From: Bilabrum cf. latius
Lineage: Eukaryota
DNA length: 64,000 bases
Reading direction: 5' to 3'
NCBI GenBank assembly: GCA_965178125.1
Contig: OZ237739.1
Location: forward strand, 248,001-312,000
Shown: positions 37,446 through 49,318 of the stretch, in pieces
How the letters are laid out: every line of letters starts with the position of its first letter
How positions within the stretch are numbered: position 1 is the first letter of the stretch
The notes under the pieces: generated by a model
What the model saw: the letters and a program-made list of their open reading frames with translations, nothing else
Told to the model about the DNA's origin: nothing
The model's database searches: none
Position numbers and translations under genes: made by a program

Positions 37446-37525
37446 ATATATATTATAATAAACAAATTAATCTTAAATGATTTCTTTTTTAAATGATATC
37501 CAGTTTAAAAAGCCATGAGCCATAA

Positions 37526-37768
37526 CTATGAATAGTTATTTAAATTTAGTTTCCTTATTTCAATTCCTCTAACTACCTTTGTAATTTTACCTTCATATCT
37601 GGCTCTGAGAACTTGATATCCTTGCTTTACTAGGAATTTACGTAGTTTCATTGGTGAGATTTGCATCTCTTGTTTAAACCTCTCTCGCACCTCGCTCCAA
37701 ATTAGAACGGATGATAACGAGGGTTGAAAGTATTTGTTGAATGTATCTAACTGTTGTTTGTCTGTCAT
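37526..37768 (-). CDS. Stand-alone copy of the helicase C-terminal (winged-helix-like) domain; true end may extend past the TAG
   Basis: SSVLIWSEVRE..ISPMKLRKFL..VLRARYEGKITKVVRGIEIR aligns with the helicase segment SSVLSWNEIRE..ISPQALRKFL..ILRTSYKGKTLKIVKGVELR. Confidence 0.7.
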   Translation of the reverse strand: MTDKQQLDTFNKYFQPSLSSVLIWSEVRERFKQEMQISPMKLRKFLVKQGYQVLRARYEGKITKVVRGIEIRKLNLNNYS

Positions 37769-37795
37769 TTAAAAACAACATCAGATGATTTCATT

Positions 37796-38068
37796 TTCAT
37801 TTATTTGGTTATGATCAGAAAAAAATGAAAAATGTTCAGAATAATCGCAAAATGTCAAAAAACTGAGATTTTGAGATTAGCGCTACTCAAAAAAAAAATT
37901 AAAAAAAAAAATACTCCTAAGAGCAGTTTGAAATCCAGACCAAATATTCCTATCATAAAACTCTAATTTCCTATCATAAAACTCTAATTTCCTATCATAA
38001 TTCCTATCATAAATTTTATTCGTAACCAAATATTCTTATCATAAATCTTATCATAACCAAATAAAAAT
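37796..38068 (+). repeat. Internal inverted repeat (left arm) with TATCATAA iterons
   Basis: Reverse complement of 40701-40973; the outer ~165 bp appear identical. Confidence 0.92.
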
Positions 38069-38071
38069 AAA

Positions 38072-40621
38072 TTAAATTTGACATTGTTCGCTATCATCAT
38101 CAGTAAAACTATCAGGAAAGAGCTTCTGGTACTAACTAAGTGAGAGTTCGGAACTCTGTATTTCTTCATCTTGTGGTTCGGATTGATCCCGTAACTCAAC
38201 TCCTTTGACTATTTTAAGGGTTTTACCTTTGTAAGAGGTTCTAAGAATAGAGCACTTTTGTTTTTCTAGGAATTTACGGAGTGCCTATGGAGAGATTTTA
38301 ATGTATTGATCAAATACTTCCCGTATTTCGTTCCAAGACAAGACGGATGATTCATCTCTGTGAAAGCATTTTTTAAACACTTCAAATCGAGTAGAGGGTT
38401 TAGAATCAACCTCAATTATCGATTTAGAAAAGGATTCTGGTCGAGGATATTTACGTGCCGGAATGGGTTTGTAAGCGTGTAACAAACACCATAAGAACGC
38501 AATATAGATTTCAGGCTATCTAATTTTTTCTCTTAGATCTGTGATGCAATCCTCCTATCCAACCACATCCGGATCTTTCTTGCTGAATTTCTTTGGAAAA
38601 ATAACAGGCAAACAAGTTTGAAAGGCATCGTATGGATTGGCTTTTGGATAAGAGTTAAACAGCATGAAAAAGGTGCAGTTGTTTTTCATTGATTGTTCGT
38701 TTTCAAACATTCTACGAGTCTAGAAAACATCACCGCCACTTGCAACCACACTCTTAATTACCTCACCATCCAAGGTAATGGTTGAATTGGATTTTTTGGC
38801 AATCCCTGCTTCATTGGTAAAACACAATCTACCAGTATTTATCTTGCTCGTAACAGCAAATCTGTTTCGTTGGGCAACATCACTGTTGGAAACATCAGAG
38901 CAAATAGGAGGAACTGAATCCCTTGCATAGTTTCCAATGGCACACTTGATGATATCCATAAAAGTACCTTTACCACAATCGCGCTCACCAACCCAGCAGG
39001 AAAAATATTTATCTTCAACATGTCCGGCAAGAGCTCGTGCTAAAATAAATAAGTTGTAATCAACCTCATCTTGGGTTTCGAAGGCGTTAAAAATGGTTTT
39101 CTTGAGGTACTGGATTGATTGGTAGTTATCCTTTTCAATATTTAGTTGTTTAAATGCATCTATAGGAGCAGGGTATCCAGTGTTACATAGTGTAAATCGG
39201 TTTTCAAACTCCTCGAATTTTTGAGTGGCGAAATTCCATACTTTATCGGTAAAAAACAGTAATCCTTTGGTGGATTGATTGATCTGATCGATAAATTCAA
39301 CATCATTGACAATTAATGAGGTATCTCCCAGAATGGTGGCAACAATGTTTTTGGCGTTCGTGTTGTTGGCTGAGTAAGGTTTGTTGTTACGAGTTAAGCG
39401 TAGGGTTTGAACCATATTAAAAAGAGGGTGAAATTTATTGAATTTGCTGTAGTGCTGGTAGAGATGTGTGGATTTATCGAGACAATAGATAGATGATTCG
39501 GTAATTACGACTTGATTCTTGTAGATTTTCCAAAACACTTCGGATGCCTCTAAATCGCTATCCACTTCAGATCCTTCTAATAACTCGGGGGAATCATCAC
39601 TGATTTCGGTTTGTAGTTTTTCTACGATTTCTCGAACCATAGTGCCATCGATTGGTTTAACGGTTAATTTGAGTTTAAAACCAGTAATTTTGGTAATGTG
39701 CTATTCGATTTCAGGAATAATTGATTCGATTAGTTTATGATTCATGCTATCAACAAACACACCATCGAATTGGAAATCCGCAACATCGAGATTATATTTG
39801 CGTTTTAAGAAATCGGCAATCACAAGTGTGATTTTGTGTTCAATGTGTTGCATCACAATGCTAAACTTGCTCACATCCTATCTATTTTGTTGAATGGATT
39901 TATCAGAACAATGAACAATTTTCCAAGTATCACCCATGTGCTGTTTAACCGCCTTGGCAAGGGTTTCAAACTCGGAAGCCGCTTCCTAAATTCTATTGTA
40001 TGCCCATCGGCTATTTTTTTTGAGATCGGCAACTCCACCAAATCCAAGTTTTCTAAGGGTTTTTTCCAGTGAACCTTTATAACAAACAGTAAATACGAAA
40101 GTTTTGCATTGATCCTTGGTTAGTTTGTGTTCATCCATGAATGGTTGAAAGATGGCTTTGCGATTCTTAACAATGTACTCAATGCCTTTAGGAACAACTC
40201 CATTCATTAAAACGGGATACAATTGGAAAGCAAACTCGATGTGTGCATTGGCAATATCGAGATCGGTGTACAGGTTTTCAAACAAATAGTGCCGAATGCC
40301 ACGAATGATTTGAACAGGAGTTATCACTTTTTTGGAGACCAGTCTGCCGAAGTTGTTTTTAACATGGAAAGTAAGAGGAATCGAACTATCTTTTGATCCC
40401 GAAAGCCACTAGTTACATGCGTTAGCAACCATAGTTGTTTGTGCTTGAACATCCTATTGTTTGGTTGAGGTGTGAATGATTTTGGGCATGATAAACTTGA
40501 GGTACTTTTTAACTAGTTCGACCTTTTCCATTGGAAATTTCATCTTGGTTTTTACTTTGAATCCTGTAGTTTCGCAAGGCACTAATTGTTTTAACATCAA
40601 ATCAGATTGGATCGTATTCAT
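38072..40621 (-). CDS. TVpol (PolA-derived primase-polymerase) fused to an SF3/D5-like helicase, 849 aa
   Basis: FGRLVS, YTDLDIANAH and FQFDGVFV in the TVpol part. Walker A GERDCGKGT, LCFTNE, IKSVVASGGD and FNSYP in the helicase part. Continuous frame via TAG. Confidence 0.85.
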
Positions 40622-40700
40622 TTATATTATAATCATAGAAATTGTTTTAATTCATTTTTATAAAATCGAATATAGAATGTAGAATCAATTCTGGTTACAT

Positions 40701-40973
40701 TATTTTATTTGGTTATGATAAGATTTATGATAGGATTATTTGGTAGTAAGTAATTTTTATGATCAGAATTATGATAGGAAATTAGAGTTTTATGATAGGA
40801 AATACTTGGTTTATGATAGGAATATTTGGTCTGGATTTCAAACTGCTCTTAGGAGTATTTTTTTTTTTAATTTTTTTTTTGAGTAGCGCTAATCTCAAAA
40901 TCTCAGTTTTTTGACATTTTGCGATTATTCTGAACATTTTTCATTTTTTTCTGATCATAACCAAATAAATGAA
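40701..40973 (-). repeat. Internal inverted repeat (right arm)
   Basis: Mirror of 37796-38068. Confidence 0.92.
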
Positions 40974-41027
40974 TCATCATCGAATTTCGGAAAATGATTT
41001 AAACATTTTTTGATATTATATAGTAAG

Positions 41028-41318
41028 ATGGTAAATCATAATTTTAAGTTGAGTATAAAGGGGGATCAATACATAGTTCGAAATGCTCAGATGGGGGTTG
41101 AGTTGATTAAGGAAAAGTATCCTGAGTTAAAAATTAGTGTAGCAACTCTAAAATCAATTAAATAGGGTAAATACTATAAAAATAGTTCACTGCATAAGAT
41201 TTACAAAGTGGATAAGCTAGAAGAGGGGGAATACTTTCCAATTCGCAAACCAATGAAATGGGTATCAATGGATGAATACAAAAGCCTTTTATCCAAGATG
41301 ATTATGCATACTACATAA
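41028..41318 (+). CDS. Hypothetical 96-aa protein, paralogue of 36568-36870
   Basis: YIVRNAQMGVELIKEKYPEL...LKSIKQGKY. Confidence 0.55.
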
Positions 41319-41365
41319 TCGATTTTTTAGAAACGATTTAAGGATGGTAGTCTATAGTAGGTTAT

Positions 41366-41527
41366 ATGCCAATAGAGTAGATAGCCTTGTTTGATAAGAA
41401 AACTACCAAAGGAAAGTTAAACACCGAATAGATAACCTTCTTGAACCAGTGGTGGGCTGAGACTAGTGCTCCCAAAGCGATCCGTACCGAGATCAAGAGA
41501 TTATGCAAGAAGTTTGGGCTAAGATAA
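41366..41527 (+). CDS. Small hypothetical protein (53 aa)
   Basis: ATG-to-TAA with two TAGs; upstream aaacgatttaag variant of the motif. Confidence 0.4.
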
Positions 41528-41628
41528 TGAAAACAGGATTTTCTCTGTGTGAGTATCTAGCCAGATATTATTTTGCATTTAATCCGTATCAATTTAGTAC
41601 GGGATTAAAGGTAAAAAATGGAATTATT

Positions 41629-42375
41629 TTAAGAATTCACTAAATCGATAACAGTTTTCATTAGGGTTTCGGTTAAATCGGGGGGTATAGAAAAGAGGAT
41701 CTCAGTGGTAGATTGAGTGTGCATTTGAGTAATCTACCGCATCAGGTTCCACATAACTTTTTGAGATCGGTATCCTTTGGATGGTCCAGATGCGATTGAG
41801 TAATGGTGTTTTAGGTTACCTTTGTTGGTGATGGATGAGTGTTGGCAATGGTCGTTTTTGTTGCAAACTTTGAGATGAAGTTGATCGATCAAAGCCTGAT
41901 TGCCCCAGAATCTAGTTTTCTTTGAGTACACATAGCCGTACATACAGTATGTGGCATCAACAAAAGGTATGCCACGAATTACATCGCGGTTTTTAAGCTC
42001 ACCAGTCTAGGGGTTCTCTATTAGAAAGCATTTGGGTTTGTAAAAATCAATTATATGCAACACTCGTTGTATGATCTTATCTGATTCCTATCTTTGGGCT
42101 TCGAGTTTGCTTTTATCTCTGAGCATGTGCTTTCCTTGTGAGTAAAAGGTACACGGCGGAGATGCCCAAAGAAAGTCGAAGCATCCAACAGGGAATGCTT
42201 GTTTGTAATCCCATTGCATAATATCAGTGCAGATAGTTGGGTTGTATTTTTGTTCAATATCTAGTGATACTATTTCTACTTTATCACCAAGTAGTTTATG
42301 CAATGCTTTGCTGATTGACTTCGTCCCGCAAAACAGCTCCAATATTTTTAGTTTTGGTTGATCTTTAAGATTCAT
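41629..42375 (-). CDS. Short viral-type C5 cytosine DNA methyltransferase, 248 aa
   Basis: ILELFCGT, SLDI, WASPPCT, IENPQTG, YCMYG..YSKKTRFW and IPP.L. Confidence 0.85.
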
Positions 42376-42421
42376 CTATAGTCAGTCCAAAGATAAAAAT
42401 GATTTACTTTTTGAATTTGTA

Positions 42422-42834
42422 ATGCCAGATTATTCAAAAGGAAAAATTTATATGATTTACAGTACCGAATCACCAGTACTATTGCCATACTATGGCAGTA
42501 CCGTCAAGACATTAAACAGGAGATTGAATGGGCACAAAGATCACTTTAAACAATGGCAACACGGCAAGACGAACAACTACTCCTCATTCAAGTTGTTAGA
42601 ACGTGGATTTGATAAAGTAGCGATCAAATTGGTAGAAAATTACCCGTGTTCAACAAAACAGGAACTCCTACTGCGTGAAGCATACTACATTAAAAACAAT
42701 CCTTGCATAAATTAGTGTACTCCATCGGGTATTATTGCACATACATAGAAAGAATGGCGCAGACAATATACCAAACAATACCATCAACTCAATAGCGATA
42801 AGATTGCTGAATAGAAAAAAAGGTATAATCAACT
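42422..42834 (+). pseudogene. GIY-YIG endonuclease copy 2, 5' part (interrupted by Ngaro)
   Basis: N-terminus nearly identical to 27537-28109; rejoins 49495 in frame (CAA CT|C AAT AGC). Confidence 0.88.
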
Positions 42835-43296
42835 TGATGCCAGAGTGTACGCGCAACCTAGTCTCGTTAACAATCAGACATGGCAAGACCTGACAAAGCT
42901 GTGCCTGTGCGCTACCCTTGACCGGACTGACCGGGGCTGGGAAGAGCACGTGCACTACTCCGCCGAGGAGGAGGGGGTTGGGAGGGTGGGCAAAAATTAC
43001 CCAATCTCCGCCCCTCTCCTGAACACAGAGAGGGTATGCGCGTCATCGCAAGCAATCCGTTGGCTTGGTCGCACCTTCCCGGTCGCAACCGCCATCGGAA
43101 CGCAACGAGACGTTCACGCGCTCCCACTCTGGCATCAACACCGAACCCCATCCGGCGTTAGGATCATGATGCCAGAGTGTACGCGCAACCTAGTCTCGTT
43201 AACAATCAGACATGGCAAGACCTGACAAAGCTGTGCCTGTGCGCTACCCTTGACCGGACTGACCGGGGCTGGGAAGAGCACGTGCACTACTCCGCC
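42835..43296 (-). repeat. Ngaro 3' split direct repeat block B1-A2-(26-bp spacer)-B2
   Basis: Identical copies visible directly; the internal junction ggatca|tgatgcc reproduces the two element ends. Confidence 0.95.
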
Positions 43297-43336
43297 AAAT
43301 CTTACCGCCATGTCTTGTACGCTGCGGCTGTGTGGC

Positions 43337-44395
43337 TCACTCCAAGTTCAGCCGCAGCGCGCTGGCCAGCACCCACACTGGCCTGTTCAAATCGAGGCTC
43401 CTGCCGCCGAGCTCCAGAGGAGGCAAGCCTTCCCTGACGCCCCGCAAGTACACCTCGCATGCAGATGCCGACTTCCATCTGCCGAATCGCCTAATGACCT
43501 CGAAGGCGACCCCAGCACGGTCCAAACACATCACTGCCGCGATGCGGATGGAATGTCCGTGCACCGCTCCTGCAACTTCTCGTGAGCAGAAGCTGCGGAG
43601 CGCCCGTACGACCTGCGCCTTGACGATCGGCTTCGTGTTCGCCACGAAGACTGGCCCTGACGTGGGGCAGCTGAGCGCCAGCTACCGGGCGTAGTCTTCG
43701 TCTGCGCCTGCAGTTGGGGCGTGGCTCGCTGCTGCCCACGCCACGAAGGCTCGCACGCCGCAGAACCTGCTGCCTGTGACTGCCCATCGTCCGGCTCTGC
43801 AATGGACTGCGATGGGCTCTGCGGCTTGGATGGAGAACTTGGCTGGACCGTCGGCTTTGTGGAGGCCCAGGCGGATGGCAACACCATGGATGCGTCCGTC
43901 TCGCGTGATGAACTGCACTTGCTGCCATTGGAGGCCGGCTTGTCGTCTGGACGCACCGACGAGCTCTCCCAGCCGGAGGCCCCCACAGAAGCAGAGACAG
44001 ACAGCTGCCCGAGCAGCCTACTCTGTTGTGCTGCAACCGGCTGTCGAGAAACACCGTCGGATTGCGCGGAGTGGGGCTGAAGATCGACGCAACGGGTGCG
44101 CCGATGGCGATGCTTTGTGGTAGTACCGGAGGATGCTGTCGAGCTAGCTTGACCGTGGGACGCCGCACGCTCCTGTGGACTCGATGACGACTCGCTAGGC
44201 ATTTCTGGTGTATGTAGCGATGGTGCCGCCACTGAGAGGCGAACATTCCCCTAAGAAGACTGCAAATCTCGAGAGCGCTGCATTGAGCCTGAACGCGAAG
44301 AGTCTGCGAGCTGCTGGAAGATGCCCGTCCATGAAGCTGCGGTCGATGTCGTACCACGTGAGGAAGTTGTCGAAGTGCCCCCACGCCGTGCGCAA
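43337..44395 (-). CDS. Ngaro tyrosine recombinase (start uncertain; -1 frame relative to pol)
   Basis: GLRLGEL, HKAD, HGHSIRI and FGRWKS..CEVYLR; four track fragments join via TAG. Confidence 0.85.
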
Positions 44396-47300
44396 CCCAC
44401 TGAGTCCAGAGTGGCCACCAGCGTGAAATGGTCGTGCTTGTACAAGGTCCTCCAGATCGGCGTGGGACAGTCGACCTGATACACCGCGTCCAGGTGCGTG
44501 TATGCCTCCTGTGAGCCGCGGCTCAAAGCGTCCGCAACGATGTTGTCCTCGCCAGGAATGTGTTTCACGTGAATCTGCACATCTTGCGTTGTCTGCAGTA
44601 CGAAGATAGGGCGAAGTAAGGCTGCCATGATGTGGCTCTTGGGTCTGCCGTAGCGTATCAGCTACACGGAAGCATCATTATCACACCACAAACGCACCAC
44701 ACGTCCACGCAGGTGCTGTCGCCAATGCGCCAGTGCCAACAAACATGTTGCAAGTTCTGCCGCCGCTACATCCTTCGCCTCTAGGCGATGCGGCCAAGTG
44801 CCGTGGATGCCGGTGTGCGATGTGATGTTTCCGTCCGTGTCGTGGAGAAGTAGCTCGGCGCCGTAGCCTGTCACCGACGCATCAGTGCGAATGATGGGAC
44901 AGTCAATGGTGCCCCGCATCGGAAAACTGCGCCCGCCTTTGCGCTGGATAGCCACCTGGAATCCCTCGAGGATTTCCCCAACTGTGAAGCCACCCTTGGA
45001 CACGAAGGAGGTGGGGACCCACACCTCACCTGGTCGTGACCGGCTGGCCTACTTGTGAAGGGCCCAGCCCTTGGCGTCATACAGGGGACGTAGAGCACCG
45101 CGCATACCATAAAGTGCGCCCGACAGGAAGGACAACTTGCCGACCAAGGTCTCAAAGCTAGACAGCAGCATCCCCTTCGTCGTGAGTGCCTCGTGCAGTC
45201 TGCGCAGGACGTCGGTGGCCTTGTCCTTAGGGCACCGCACCTCGTGTTTGATCAAGTCGTAGGTGAGGCCCAAGTACTCGAACACCGGGGCTGGGGCCCC
45301 TTGCTTCAATGCTTTCGAGATGCTGACGGGGAAGTTTGTGGAGTCCAGCTGCCCCATGGCTCGAATTGCCCATGCATCGACTTCGTGATCTCCGCCGAGG
45401 CAGGCAAAGTCATCTACAAACACCTCATTTTCGACCTACCAATGGCGGGACTAGTCTTGGGCCGTCTTGACCTGTCCCGTTGTCGTGCTAGCGGCAGGCG
45501 GGGTGGACGTTGCTGACGAGTTCGCCTGGGGCGCCTGGTCCGTCGTGCTGGATTGGGCGTTGGCGTGCTGCTGCTGCCGGCGTCGTTGCTTCTGCTTGTG
45601 TCTCCGTCCGGGTCGCATGGCCCTGCCAATGGACTGCTCCTCGAGGGCTTGGGCCAAAGCCGAACTGATCGTAGTTGCGAACGCGGGAGATGATGAGCTG
45701 CCCATAGAGAGCCTGAAGTCTTGCACGATGCGCCCGTCGGGCAGCTTGATCAGGTTGTATTGGAGATCCTCCACTGCCACCGGCAGGACCCGAAAGTACG
45801 AGGAAATGTCGACGACGTATCCGCTGGCACGCTTGGGGCAGGATCGAACTGCTGCGGCTGCCGAGCGCAGCACGTCCATGCTGCTCGTCTGCTGCACAGG
45901 CGTGGCTGCACTGTAGTCGATGGCCTTGTTCAGACCGGTACGCTGGCCGTTCACCTTGAGTGAGGAGTCCTGAAGGAACCGTAGCTTTGTCGAGTCCTTC
46001 TTGGGGATCACCAGCGGCCGGGCCCGGGCTGTGTCGAAATCTTTGGGTGACACGAAGTCACGCTCGCCAGCCCGCATGGAGCGCCCGATCTCGCAGGCGA
46101 TCTCCCACTTTTCTTCCGGAGACAGCTTACGGTCCTTGTAGTCTAGATCGTGCTCTTTGGGCACCTCGTCCACGATGGCTAGGGGGCAACCATAGTTCAG
46201 TGCTGCCAGTACACGCTCGACTCGTGGGAGGGCTTTGAACTCGGCAAGGGACGGGGCCTTCCTCGGTGTGCGGCCGCCAAACAGAACCTCCCGCCGAGTC
46301 CGCAGTGTTGCAGTCTAGCGAGGCACCTTGTCGAAGTACTTGCGTGGCGTGAATGCCAGCGGGTCTTCGTGAACCTTCAGGTGGATCCGCTCACGGTCCC
46401 ACGTCGCAGCTGGAGCCTCCACGAATTCGCCGGGACAGTCTCTGGTACGCTGGTGATCGTCCTTTCGCTGGATGAAGTCCTCTACGGAGGGTGCTGTCGT
46501 CCCTGCCCACTCATGGCTTGGATCCGGAGCTGGATATGCCCAGTCAACGAATGCTGGAGAGATGTCCGTCCTACCTGGCAGCCTCGTGGATGACGCCGTG
46601 GGCGGCCGCTGCGGTCGCTTAGGGCGCGCTAGGGCCACCAGGACTGGGTGAAGCGCGGGCGTTGACGTGACAGGTGGTGTGGAAGCAGCACACGCGTCCG
46701 ATGTGGTGGTAGTCTGCGTACGCCCCTGCGGCAGTGTTGGTGTTGGAGTGCTGGGCTGGCTCTGACGTGACGTACCTCGTGGGGGAGGGTCAGGTGAAGG
46801 CTCCTTGGACTTCCTGGTGGAACCCCCGTCCTGCCGGTCCGCACGCTGGTGCTGGCCACCTTGCTGGCCTGCACCGCCACGTCCACGGCCTCGACGGTGT
46901 CGACCTCCGCCACGATCGGTACTGGGCTGGTCGCTGTCGCCCCCACTGCGCCTGGAGCCTCCACTGCCCCCGCCTCCACTGCCCCGGCCTCCACTGCCCC
47001 CGCGGGGGTCGAAGTGACGGGACAGTGCTGCTCGACGGGACGGCGCCTGCATGTCAGCCTGGACTCCCTGTAGCAGTCCGCGCACGAGGCCAGGTTCGCC
47101 TGATCTGCATGCCTCAGTGGCCCACGGATGCAGCAATTGTAGGAGACGCATGCAGTCGCCAGAAGAGCACGAAGGAATCTCATTCCCAACAAGGTCACGA
47201 ATCTCAACGTCACAGCGTTCGCCTGTATGGCGCCAAGCATGGGAGGAGAGCATCTCAAAGGCTGAACTTCCGCGTGGTATCACACACACAGCGGCAAACA

Positions 47301-49290
47301 CCACCTCTAGTCGGGACGCCGATGCAGATGATGCCCCGGAAGCACTAACCAAACGAAGAAAATCATTGCGAACCTGCCCCAGGGTTTTCCAATCGGGCAC
47401 TAGTGATGCTGGACACGACCACGAGCTGCTGCCCTGCGGCAACCAGGACGGCAAGGACGCCGCCGAATGCACGCAAGCAGCGCGCACGAGCACACAGCCT
47501 AAAGCAAAGGAAATAGCCGAGTAAATAGTGCATAGTAACTCGCTAGATGGCACCTACTTTTCTCGTCCGCCTGCAGCAGACGACTCCGAGTTGGACGCAT
47601 CGAACTTCCCAAAACTAGCATTGCTCATCGGCAGAGCTGCATGAAGCCGGCTCGTGAACGAGAAAATAGCCGATTCAATCTTGGCTCTCGTCACGGCCTG
47701 ACCAAACAGAGCACGGGCCAGTTCTGCAGCGAAATCGCGGCCGCTAGCGTCCAAATGAAGCGCGTCAGCCTAGCAAAACCGCGGCATGAACGCGGATTGG
47801 CGAAAGATCGAGGTCAACGTTGCCAAGAAATCATCAGAAAACCAATTCTGCATTCGAATTGCAGCGATTGAAGGTGCAGAGGCCTCACGCTACAAAATCT
47901 CCACTGGTTGCGAGCGAACGGCCGCGGAGTCCACTGCCGTGCCTGCGCCCGGTGAAACTGGGTCAATTGAAGACGCAGGCTGCGGTGAGGCAGAAGATGA
48001 CACAGGAGGTTCACGGGGTGGCTGAGGAGCGGGTGTAGCGTCGACCGGTGGCGGGGATGAGTGCATCGAGGCTGCCAGTCGGTGCGAGAAGTACCATTGT
48101 AATTCCACGTGGGCGGAGAGGCGCGACAGCAGCTCTTCCTGGCGCAGAGTCGGAATGCTGTGCCACAGCGCAAACAGGCGTAGATGCAGAATTGTCGCTG
48201 GGTCGGCCGTTCCCCGCAGCGTCGTGGAGTGCAACACTGCCCGTTGGAGATCCCCAGGAAGGCGGCCCCAGACCGCGTCAAGCTAGCGGCTGGTGCCCGG
48301 AGTCACGCCGGGGGAGTCGTAAGCCGGAGACACACGAGGAAGAAGAAGCTGAGGGCCTGCCGGGCCCGTTGACCGTGATGCTGCACTGCTGAGCGCCTCC
48401 GCGAGCACTGTCGGATCGCCGAAGTCCCGAGTGCCTGGTCTACCGGGGATCATGCTCGAGGCAGGTGGAGGTTGGTGCCGCGGGGGTGAAGACGTTGAGA
48501 AGTTGGGCTGGGCGCTGCGCTGGGTATCTGCTGCTGTCCCCGGGGGCCCGCGGTTCGGGGACGCGTGCAGGTGGGCCCGCCCGCCGCGCGCGAGCGGGGC
48601 CTGCCGCGTCGTCGAAGAGCCTGGCCGCGCCCGCAAGGGCGAAATTCCGCGGCCTGTCCTGGTGGCACTCTACGCCGTTCGGTCGCGTCCAGGTGAAGCA
48701 TGGATGGCGGCGCCGAAGTCGAGGCGTCCTGGTGGCCGATGCCGTCCGCTAAGAGGAGCTGTCCGCCGGCCCGTCGGTAGTGAACTCAGGGACCATGGAG
48801 ACTCGATTGAAGAAGGAGCCTCTGGAGATTGCTGAACATGATGAAGACGTACTTGTCCTGCGAGTCGCTCAGGCTGTTGCCGTCGAGGGGAGCTCGGCGA
48901 TGCCGGCAGAAGCAGCCGTGCACCGAGAGTCGTTAGCGTCCCATTTGACACGAACTTGGCGAGAGCGGTGCTCTTGACAGCATTAATGGACCGTGATGCC
49001 GTGAAGGACTGCTTTGATGAGTACCTGTCGAGCAAATAGCACAGGAACCCCGCATCGTGTGCACGTTGAAGATCAAGATCTCGAGGCGCCATGGTGTCGC
49101 GCTGCACGTTGAGACGAGCAATGAAATCCGAGAACACAGCATCATTCATACCATATCGAGTAGCTAAATCGGCCAACGTGACCGCAGGTTGGCCTACCGC
49201 GCGAGCGAACACTGCAGCTGCGGCGATCACCCTGGCGCTTCCAGGTGCCCGCGCCGCCGGGTCGATCCGATGGCTACCGGCGCCGTTCAT
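43531..49290 (-). CDS. Ngaro Gag-like/RT/RNase H polyprotein, one frame of 1919 codons with TAG=Gln
   Basis: All gaps between the track fragments were checked and contain only TAG. RT: VVDISSYF, LSMGSSSSP, FVDD. RNase H: TDAS..GYG, AEL, CDN, HIPG..N..AD.LSR. Confidence 0.85.
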
Positions 49291-49318
49291 GTTAAATGAA
49301 CGGAGCAGGAACTTTCTT

